Assembly: GCF_026210795.1 (NCBI RefSeq) | Contig: NC_089432.1 | Location: 5,874,817 to 5,894,816 of the forward strand | From: Rhizophagus irregularis | Lineage: Eukaryota | Reading direction: 5' to 3' | DNA length: 20,000 nt | Shown here: piece by piece, positions 1 through 12,000 of the stretch | Numbering within the stretch: the first letter of the stretch is position 1 | How the letters are laid out: each line of letters opens with the position of its first letter | The notes under the pieces: model-generated | Databases searched by the model: none | Told to the model about the DNA's origin: nothing | Seen by the model: only the letters and a program-made list of their open reading frames with translations | Translations under genes and position numbers: made by a program

Positions 1-32
1 CAAAAAAAAAAAAAATTAAATAAATAACTTAC

Positions 33-3000
33 AATCTATATTATTAAATAAATAAATTTTAAATAAAAATTTAATTAGTTTAAATTATATATAAATATTA
101 TATAAATATAATAGAATTAAATAAATAACTTACTCCCTATATTATTAAATAAATAATTTTTAAAAAACATTTAGTTAGTTTAAATTATATATAAATATTA
201 TATAAATATAGGATTTTGTTTTTTATCGCATCTGTAATACATTACATCCTGAATATTTCAGATAAAATTATATAATTCTTGGCAAAATAAAAAATATGTT
301 AAAAAAACTAGGATGTAAAAATAGATTTTTTACAATTGAAAAAATTTTAAATTCTCATAATACATATAAAAAATATATAAAAAGAAAAAAAAATGTGATA
401 TAAATGATAAAAAAGGAATGCAATATATCACAGATACGATAAATTATAAAATTCATAAATATAATAGAATTAAATAAATGACTTACAATCTAAATTATTA
501 AATAAATAATTTTTTAAATGAAAAATTTAGTTAGTTTAAATTATATATAAATATTTTATAAATATAAATAGTATTAAATAAATAACTTACTAACTATATT
601 ATTAAATAAATAATTTTTTAAATAAAAATTTAATTAGTTTAAATATATAAATATTATATAAATATAATAAATATAATAAAATTAAATAACTTACGAACTA
701 TATTATTGAATAAATAATTTTTTAAACAAAAAATTTAGTTAGTTTAAATTATATGTAAATATTATATAAATATAATAAAAACTTACTTTCTAAAATATTT
801 AAATAATTATTAAATAAAAAATTTAGTTAGTTTAAATTATATAAATATTATATATAAACTTACCATCTAAAATATTTGAATAATTTTTTAAATAAAGAAT
901 TTGATTAGTTTAAATTATATGAAAAAATATTATATAAATATAATAGAATTAAATAAATAACTTACGAACTATATTATAAATAAATAATTTTTAAAGAATT
1001 TAATTAGTTTAAATTAAATATAAATATTATATGAATATAATAGAAAATTACCATCTAATATATTTGAATAATTTTATAAATAAAGAATTTAGTTAATTTA
1101 AATTATATGTAAATATTATATAAATATAATAGAATTAAATAAATAACTTACAAACACTGGTCAAATGATGAAGAATCGGTGTATTAAGAGCCAGTTAAGA
1201 ATCGGGACCAATCAGGTTTCGGTTCTTAACCGGCTCTTATTTTTTTTATCATTAAATAATCAGTATCCCGATAGGCCTATTGATTCTATTATATAAGAAG
1301 CCGATAGATTCTAAACGTATATCAAATTTGATCAGCTGATAATAAGTAACAAATTGATTACCCCTTCGGATTTCCCGATGACTAATAAATAAACACCCGA
1401 TCTGTCATGATCTGTCATTAATTTATAAATAAGCATCGGTAAAACATCACATGTCCGATAATAATACTGATAGAACATTGATATTAGACGGTGAGAAATT
1501 TAAAGGTTTAATAATAATTATTATATATTTATTTATTTGTATATTTATAATATTCATAATATAAAACATGATTGATATTACAGTATTATTATAAATTTTA
1601 AATATGAAACTTTCTATTGATCGGTATTACTGACACATATTTCCGGGTTTCTTTTCGTCCTATTGAAAAAGAACCTTCAACAAACCGACCCAGTATACTA
1701 TGTACAGGGGATAATACAATCCCTGCTAAGATCATAAAATTCTTTTTTCCATAGTTCTATATTGCACAAATTTTCATCGCCATTAATTGTGCAATGAAAT
1801 CTAGTCTTGTGATTTTCTGCCGGAAGGTACCACTTTACAAATGCTAGGGAATGATTTACAGAACCTTCCGGAAAATGTATAATATGTTCAAAATAAAATT
1901 GAACAATACCGGGATAAGTATCTTTAGTATTATCATGGAGAAATTGGGATAATATTTTGGCCGATGTGACGTGCCTTTTAGAATACATTGACCCAAAAAC
2001 TTCGGATCCAATTTTTAGTCGTCCATAAGTGTTCACTTTTGGTAATACCGGTATAGCAGAAGGAGCAGCATGGATATCTGATAGTGCTGCGAAATCTTTT
2101 CCATAGGCATTGCGGTAATATTCAACCAACAAATCTAATACTTCTTTTGAAAGGTTGGTGTCTATCCTTTTAGGATTAAGAAAAGTACCTGGAAAAGGTT
2201 CCGAACCTGTTCCGGCCATTTCTTCCACGTTTCTAGACATTGATAAAAATTCCCGGTAATCTATTCCATTAATTTCATCATGAATTACAAGACTGCCGGT
2301 AGTTTCTTTCGGTGTAATTAGTGTGATACAAGTCGATAAATGTTGATGGTCTTGGGCGCATGAAGAAAACTGATCGAAGAGAGTTGAATTGAATGGTTTT
2401 TAATAATTCTGGTTCGATTCTTCTATTACTGCTATGATACGATCCTATAAATATAGACTATTTAATAAATTGATTTAATTATATTGATAAGTTCGGAAAT
2501 CTGGAATTACCTAATAGACCGTTCATGCGTTCGTAACTGAAACACCAGAACGCGTATAATGGTCCATAGTCTAACGCACAATGGCAAATATGTAAGCATA
2601 AATGTAAATTCGGCGTAATTTTTTCTGCGCCGTAATTTTCTTCAATGAGCTTTGCCACTTCTAGAAGATTTTTATGAGCTTCTTCTAACCCATTCGTTGT
2701 TATAGATCTGCATACAAGAATATTGCATGCACGGACAAAATTGGCGAGTATCAATTTATCCGATTCTTGAAGCAGATCCCACGTTATGGAAGTGGCATAA
2801 ATTAAGATAAAAGTCTTCCATTGATCAGCGGTGAACCTTGAAAAGCCTTCACCTGTAGCAATTTTGTAGGGAATTCTACCGATATCTGCTGGAACTTTTA
2901 TTGCATTTGCCCTTTTTTGCATTGTTTCTAAATCTTTTTGTGTCAATCGGCCCTCCTCGATCCACAGTCTGGTCACGATCCACTTAGCAATACCCAAGAA

Positions 3001-6000
3001 CAAACAATGCATTGGATCCACTGTGAGAAATCGCACTGAATCAAAGTACGGAAGTCGATACATTTCTGACCACCGTACTAAAGTATTATGGACGTGACTA
3101 TTTCTAGCATCTTTAGTATTGCAATTCAACCATTCTCGCGCATCCCTTCGAACCTGGTTGATATCTCTTTCGACAAACCATTCATCAATATCATCAAATC
3201 CGCCAAAATTCGGTTGATTTCGATCATCATATTGAGCCTTTTTTAAGCATCTATGACAAGCCACTCGCGCAGAGATATGACCGCAGAGTTTTCTCGCGGC
3301 TGGAATATCACATGAGCAGCATATTACTGCGGCTCGAATAGATTTTCCGGTAGAGCTTTCGTATGTTTTCGATAGTTCAATCCCATTCCATAACTCGATT
3401 AATTGATCGATGATGGGAGCTATATAATGGTTTAGTTGATGTAAATCTAGGCTCATTTGGCCCCGGAATTAAAGCCATTGTCAAAATATTTGATGGCTTG
3501 AATCTTTCATTTCGAGGCAGGTTACATATTACACCATATAGAGCTCCTATACTATAAGTTGAATTATCGAATGGTTGGAACCAGTCGATATTTAACATGA
3601 TGCCTAAGTGGCGGTCTGAGACATCTTTCCGGAAAAATGGTATATTTTGACGATGATCCTGAAAGGTTTTCCAGATCTTTCCGTCATAAATATCATTCAA
3701 AAATTGAGAATCGTTACGGTCCGCCCATTTTCTACATAATTTCTCAAATCCTTTTCGATTATACATTAATTGTAATTGGTGTTTTAAACTAACAGTAGGG
3801 AACGTTAAAGAAGGTCGATAGATTGTTCCGTTAGTAACCGGAACTTTCTTAGCAAGTGTAGCATTGCACTTTTTTCTTTGATTTGCCATCGGATGATCCG
3901 GAAAATCTACATAGGTACAATGAATTGTGGCTGGAACTTGGTAAGGGTCGTTAGTTGATACTTCTGTTACATTATACAATTTGCAACACTTTTCACACGA
4001 TGCGAATTTGACAATATGAGCGCAGACGCCAAGTTTTTTACGTGCCATATACAAAGATGTAGGAAAAGAATTGTACGTGTTTGCATCCAAAAGAACCAAA
4101 AGATATCTAAAAAATTTGACTAAAGAATCGGTAGTGACATCGGATAACTTATATCTCTCTTGATATAATAAGATCCATAAAACAATCCAATGAAAGTCTT
4201 CAGTAAAATCAATGAAGGAGGCTTCTGGATCATCACCGTATGTATTTTCCGGTGCGTCAAACCAGCCGGATGAAGATTCATTTGGTATTTCTTCGATAGG
4301 ATCAAAGTCATTATCAACTTGATCGTTTTCTTCATCATCAGCATCACTAGTATCATCATCTGAAATACTTTGTTCAATAACAACAATAGGGTATGATACA
4401 TTCTTGGAATTTCCACTACCGATATGTTTTCGTTTATCTTTCGATTTGGCTTTTGATGATTTCGATTTTTTGGGAAGAAACGAATAATTTTCCTCATCAA
4501 CAATAGGTTCATGATGACCATCATCTGAATTATGTGATTCTATTTCCATTGGATCATTCAAGAGGTCTACCGATGTATCTTGGTTTAGGTCATCAGATGA
4601 AACTTGATTTAAATCTATAATTTCTTCAATAACTCCTCTTGGTCTAATATCCCTTTTTAAACTATGACTATTTTTTGTACGTGGATCAACTATGTTACCT
4701 TTACATTTATTGCAATGACACGGAACTTTATTTGATGTTTTCTGTTTAAAATTATAGGATTTCTTTACAAAGACAGCTTTTGTTCTTCGGTATTTTCTCG
4801 TCATTGTAAATAATAATATAAAAAAATTTTATTAAAAATGAATTTCCGGTTCTTCGATGAACGGATATATTAGTATGATTGATAATTGACATTGTTGACC
4901 ATATTAGGTTACTATCAATTTATTGTATTTATTGTATTTAAATCAATATAAGTTCCTTTATTTGAATCAAAAAAAGCTTATACTTCAATAGACTATTTCG
5001 TTATTTTCAATAGACTTATCGGCATGAAAAAAAAGGAAAAAAAAATTCAATCAAAAAAAGCTTATTTAATAGACTATTTCGTTACTTTCGACAGACCTAT
5101 CGGTCCTCATATGACAAAAAAAAAAATATATATAAAGACCCCTTTCTTCCCACGAACTGATTTTTTTTTCTCTGCCATATCATTATACTTTGATCTAAAT
5201 CATTAAAAAAAAATCGTAATCATTACATTTAATCTAATTATAGGAAAAAAAAAATATTATTAATAATCATAATATTTTAATTGTGGAAATAAATAAAGGT
5301 ATAAAAGAACGTCTTTTACCTTATTGTATTGTTTTTTTTTTATCCTTTAACAAATTTTGGTAAAAATGCGTGGAAGAAGACCTTTCAAAATTAAGAAAAT
5401 AAGCTTAAGACGCTTATCTACAACAAATTTAACCTCTTACAACCATCATCAAACAAACTCAATGTCACCACATCGTCGTCACCGTTATCGTTCAAGAAGG
5501 AACAAGTCTAGACGTTCTTCTTATTCTAATTATTCAGATAGTCGTTCACCAAGTCAACAAAGAGGACGTTCGACTACAAGACATAATAGGACTAATTATT
5601 CAGATAGTCGTTCACCAAGTCAACAAGGAGGGTGTTCAACTACAAGATATAATAGGAATGATGGTATGGTTATAATATAATAATTATGTTTTTTATTTTA
5701 CATATTTTGAATATAATGTCATGATTTCAATTTACAGATATCGAAGCCCTAAGCAGAGCTATCACTGCACTTACGGAAGAAGTTCGGACCCCTCAAGAAA
5801 TCTCAAACAAGGAACGACCTACAAGCTGAATGGCCATCAACCCCTCAGACAACACCAGTTCCAAGGAGTAGACAAAATACATCACTCACGCCAGAACCAG
5901 AAACTGGATATCGTCGACGTGCTCGGGTTTTGCTTGAAGATATGGACGAAGATCAATATAAGTTGTTCCATGTGAGTATCAAGTAACTATTGGTTATTCA

Positions 6001-9000
6001 GCAAAATTTTTTAATCGATATTTTTTTATAAAATTAAGGATGAGGTCGTGCAGATACTTAGCGGTCTCGATGATTCATTGCAATTGGATCATACCAAAAA
6101 ATGGGTAGAAATTGCACCACACGTTTCAAAACACATCATGAAGGAGATCGCTAGAGTCTTGACCGGAAGGTTTCAATACAAAGATATAGAATTGAAATGG
6201 GTCTTACAGAATCTACACCGCCATCGTAGAGAAAGCTGGATGGTTAGCCTTGATCCGGATAAGACTAGATTTGAAAAGAAGAGAAAAGGAACGAATTCTC
6301 GAAGAAAAGATGTAAGTACTGAAGACATCCGAAATATGAAATTAAAATCCTTGATCTTGTTCCTTTCTATCCTAATCACTAATATCTGATTGCAATAGAA
6401 AAAAGAGCGACGTCAGAAAGGCATCGAGCATATGTTCAATATTAATGATGCCTCGCTTAAAGAATTTCAACCGTCATCATTATCTTGGGAAGAATTCAAG
6501 GAAGACTGTGAAACCATATTTAATGAAGGAGGATTCCACAGTGATGAAGTTTCTGAAACTGATGAAGAGCTCACCAAAAAAGAAATCGAAGATCATGTTC
6601 GTCCTAAGAATAAAATTGAAACGGATAAACATGTTCTTCATGTTTATGACAAGCCCTGGAGGTCACGTCGTGTAAGTATCAAATAAAACAATTGTATAGT
6701 TATTGTATACATTTGCTTATTATCTCTTTTTCATTTTTATAGGGACGTAAATTACTTCGCTTGGCTGACCGAGTTGGTGAGAAAATAAGTCATGTAAAAC
6801 TTTCACGACATCGTTGGTATGATGATAAAACGTGGATCGACGAGTCAAAACCGCCTGAAGGTGCCCCTGATTGGTCGATATCACAGTCGTACGGATCCGA
6901 CGTACAACCACAAGATGAGATCGATAATATCGATAATATTAATGATGAACCTAACGAACTTGATGAACAGGTTTAATTAATGCATTAATGCAATGTTAGA
7001 TTTAAAAGAGCACGTATATTAATAATAATTTGTAGTTTATATTTTTATTACGCAAGAATGATTTGTAGTTTATTTCTATATAACAACGATTAAATATAGC
7101 AAGCAAATGTATTACTGTAAAATTGATTAGTATATTGCTATATAATATATTGCAACGAATAGTAATAAATTGATTAAAACAATTTGAAATATCGTGATTT
7201 CAATTACTGCCCGGCGTGTATTGTATCGTTTAACGATACTTTATGATAACCCAAATAAATACTTAAATATTATATAAATATAAGTAAAATATCAGAAATC
7301 CGATATTAACATAATATTTATCCGATTTGCACCTTATAGTTTATTAAAACTTCAAAAGATTCAGTTATTAATTTGGTAAATATTGGGCGTTTATTTGTAA
7401 AATAACAGAAACCCGATTCTTCACCAATAGAAATCCAATACTTATGAAGTATTTATGCCCGGTTGTATCCAGAAATGCAACAAGAACCTGAGCCCAATCG
7501 GGAATAAGTATCGGGATTGTATAATATATATATCTGTGAAGAATTAGTGAAGAATCGGGTACCTGAATTTTCTCTGATATGTTGTCATTCGACCAGTGAA
7601 ACTATATTATTGAATAAATGATGTTTTAAATAAAGAATTTAATTAGTTTGAATTATATGTAAATATTATATAAATATAATAAAAATATACCTTCTAAAAT
7701 ATTTAAATAAAAAATTTAGTTAGTTTAAATTATATGTAAATATTATATAAATATAATAAAAATTTACCATCTAAAAATATTTAAATAATTTTTTAAATAA
7801 AGAATTTAGTTAATTTAAATTATATATAAATATATAACAAAATTAAATAAATAACTTACTTCCTATATTATTAAAATAAATAATTTTTAAATAAAGAATT
7901 TAAGGCATGATCCGCCTAAGAATGGCAGCAAACTACTATATAAATTCGGGGGAAAAAATTAAAACCAAAAAAAGGCATTATCTCATGATCCAGTGATTGG
8001 ATTTTGATGATCCCTTTTCGAGTTTATAGCTTTCGATGCACTCTTCAAAACAAAATCGAAATTGGACTGGTATATCACAATATAATCACAAAAAATGATT
8101 TTTTCCAGGTAAATCTTCCGATGCCCCCGATAAATCTTCCGTTGCCCAGAAAAAATTATATTTGCAATTATCTTGTGATATATTGGTCCAATTTTAAATA
8201 TCTTTTTTTTATTTTAAAGAGTACATCAAAAGCTATAACCTCAAAAAGGGATCATTAAAATCCAATCACTGGATCACGAGATAATGCCTTTTTTTGGTTT
8301 TAATTTTTTCCCCCGAATTTATATAGTAGTTTGCTGCCGTTCTTAGGCGGATCATGCCTTAATTAGTTTAAATTATATGTAAATATTATATAAATATAAT
8401 AAAATTAAATAAATAACTTACTCCCTATATTATTAAATAAATAATTTTTTAAATAAATAATTTAATTAGTTTAAATTATATATAAATTATATAAATATAA
8501 TAAAATTAAATAAATGACTTACCAACTATATTATTAAATAAATAATTTTTTAAATAAAGAATTTAGTTAGTTTAAATTATATATAAATATTATATAAATA
8601 TAATAGAAATTTACCATCTAAAATATTTGAATAATTTTTAAATAAAAATTTAATTAGTTTGAAATTATATATAAATATTATATAAATATAATAGAAATTT
8701 ACCATCTAAAATATTTAAATAATTTTTTAAATAAAGAATTTAATTAGTTCAAATTATATATAAATATTATATAAAAATAATAGAAATTTACCATCTAAAA
8801 TATTTAAGTAATTTTTAAATTTAGTTTAAATTATATATAAATATTATATAAATATAATAGAAATTTACCATCTAAAATATTTGAATAATTTTTTAAATAA
8901 AGAATTTGATTAGTTTAAATTATATACAAATATTATATAAATATAATAGAATTAAAATAAATAACTTACGAACTATATTATTAAATAAATAATTTTTTAA

Positions 9001-12000
9001 ATAATGAATTTAGTTAGTTCAAATTATATGTAAATATTATATAAATATAATAGAAATTTGCCTTCTAAAGTATTTGAATAATTTTTTAAATAAACAATTT
9101 AATTAGTTTAAATTATATATAAATATTATATAAATATAATAGAATTAAATAAATAACTTACTCCCTATATTATTAAATAAAGAATTTTTAAATAAAGAAT
9201 TTAATTAATTTAAATTATATATAGAAATAATGTATTTACCGCACCCTGCGTTACAAATTTATATATATTTGTATGTTTATCATTTGCCATTTTAAGGGGG
9301 TACAGTGTATAAACTAAAGATTGACATAAACAATTTACAAAAAAAGAAGGATGCGTTGTAATGCAGGGTGCAGTAAATAAATTCACTCTTATATATAAAT
9401 GTTATATAAATATAATAAAAATTAAATAAATAACTTACGAACTATATTATTAAATAAAAATTTAGTTAGTTTAAATTATATATAAATATTATATAAATAT
9501 AATAGAAACTTACCATCTAAAATATTTGAATAATTTTTAAATAAAGAATTTAATTAGTTTATAAATATTGTATGAATATAATAGAATTAAATAAATAACT
9601 TACAATCTATATTATTAAATAAATAATTTTTTAAATAAAAAATTTAATTAATTTAAATTATATATGAATATTGTAAAAATATAATAAAATTAAATAAATA
9701 ACTTACTCCCTATTAATAATTTTTTAAATAAAAAATTTAGTTAGTTTAAATTATATGTAAATATTATATATATATAATAGAAATTTACCATCTAAAATAT
9801 TTGAATAATTTTATAAATAAAGAATTTAGTTAGTTTAAATTATATATAAATATTATATAAATATAATAGAATTAAATAAATAACTTACAAACTATATTAT
9901 TAAATAAATATTTTTTTAAATAAAGAATTTAGTTAGTTTAAATTATATATAAATATTATATAAATATATACTAATAGAAATTTACCCTCTAAAATATTGA
10001 AATAAAGAATTTAGTTAGTTAGTTAGTTTAAATTATATATAAATATTATATAAATATAATAGAAATTTACCATCTAAAATTTTTGAATAATTTTTTTAAA
10101 TAAAAAAATTTAGTTAGTTTAAATTATATATAAATATTATATAAATATAATAGAAATTACCCTCTAAAATATTTGAATAATTTTTTAAATAAAGAATTTA
10201 GTTAGTTTAAATTATATATAAATGTTATATAAATATAATAGAAATTTACTCTCTAAAATATTTAAATAATTTTAAATATAAAATTTAGTTAGTTAAATTA
10301 TATGTAAATGTTATATAAATATAATTGAATTAAATAAATAACTTACGAACTATATTATTAAATAAGTTTTTAAATAAAAGATTTAGTTAGTTTAAATTGT
10401 ATATAAATATTATATAAATATAATAAAATTAAATAAATAACTTACATACTATATTATTAAATAAATAATTTGAAATAAAAAATTTAGTTAGCTTAAATTA
10501 TATATAAATACTATGCAAATATAATAGAAATTTACTTTCTAAAATATTTGAATAATTTTTTAAATAAAGAATTTAGTTAGTTTAAATTATATGTAAATAT
10601 TATATAAATATAATAATATAATAGAAATTTACCATCTAAAATATTATTTAAATAATTTTTAAATAAAGAATTTAGTTAGTTTAAATTATATGTAAATAGA
10701 AAAAAATTATTTCTTATCTGGGTGATTTCTCACCCCTTCTGAATTTAATATATAAAAATGACATCATACTAATTATTTACCGATTATTTTCAAAAGAAAA
10801 ATAATGTAATTTTTGACAAAAAAAATCTTTTAAAAATAAAACTTAATTCGTGATCTGGATGTCGATCAGTGAAAATTCGTAAATAATAAGAATTTGCTGT
10901 TGCCACAAAGACAAGTCATTTTTTAATTTTCATCGGAAGGGAAATTAATAATGCATTCAAAAGCTGTGGTTTTTCTGCTATAAAATACTGTGTAATATTT
11001 TCATTTTGTTGAACTGGATGCAGTGATAGATATCTTACCCACAAAAATGCCAATTAAATGAATTTCATTAATGATCTACAAAATTTCACCCCATTTTTTG
11101 ATAGTAATTTTCACTGATTTATAACCAGATCTCAAATTAATATAATTTTTGTATACTTTAAAATTACAATTTATGGGTAATTTTAACTGCTCTACAAATT
11201 TACTTAATACCTTAAGAAAGGTTATAAATACCATTTTTGACATTTTCAATAATTTATGATTTGGGGATGAGAAATATTAAATCTTACCCAAGGTGAGAAA
11301 TAAATTCATCTATGTAAATATTATTATATAAATATAATAGAATTAAATAAATAACTTACAAACTATAAATAAAGAATTAGTTAGTTTAAATTATATGTAA
11401 ATATTATATAAATATAATAGAAATTTACCTTCTAAAATATTTGAATAATTTTTTAAATAAAGAATTTAGTTAGTTTAAATTATATATAAGTATTATATAA
11501 ATATAATAGAAATTTACCTTCTAAAATATTAGTTTAAATATTTTTTTAAATAGTTAGCTTAAATTATTATATGTAAATATTATATAGATATAAGAAATAA
11601 CTTACTTCCTATATTATTAAATAAATAATTTTTTAAATAAAGAATTTAGTTAGTTTAAATTATATGTAAATATTATATAAATATAATAGAATTAAATAAA
11701 TAACTTACGAACTATATTATTAAATAAATAAATTTTTAAATAAAAATTTAGTTAGTTAAATTATATATAAATATTGTATAAATTAATAGAATTAAATAAA
11801 TAACTTACGAACTATATAATTAAATAAATAATTTTTTAAATAAAGAATTTGGTTAGTTTAAATTATATATAAATATTATATAAATATAATAGAAATTTAC
11901 CCTCTAAAATTTTGATAAATAAAAAATTTAATTAGTTTAAATTATATGTAAATATTATATAAATATAATAGAATTAAATAAATAACTTACGAACTATATT

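Larger units (their letters stand above)
1155..7598. mobile_element. CACTA/EnSpm (CMC) DNA transposon, 6444 bp, with two divergent genes
   Basis: TIRs CACTGGTC(A/G)AATGA (13/14 match). 3-bp TSD AAA at 1152-1154 and 7599-7601. Subterminal GAAGAATCGG motifs at both ends and a hairpin at 1185-1239. Encodes a Tnp2-like transposase. Confidence 0.93.

Noticed and set aside
4120..6911. ORFs 4120-4524, 5024-5206, 5721-5975, 6173-6379, 6445-6675 and 6720-6911
   Set aside because: These are alternative-frame or antisense shadows of the two CACTA genes, or low-complexity intergenic sequence.
8004..8258. 84-aa ORF
   Set aside because: It lies inside the foldback MITE and has no protein-like features.
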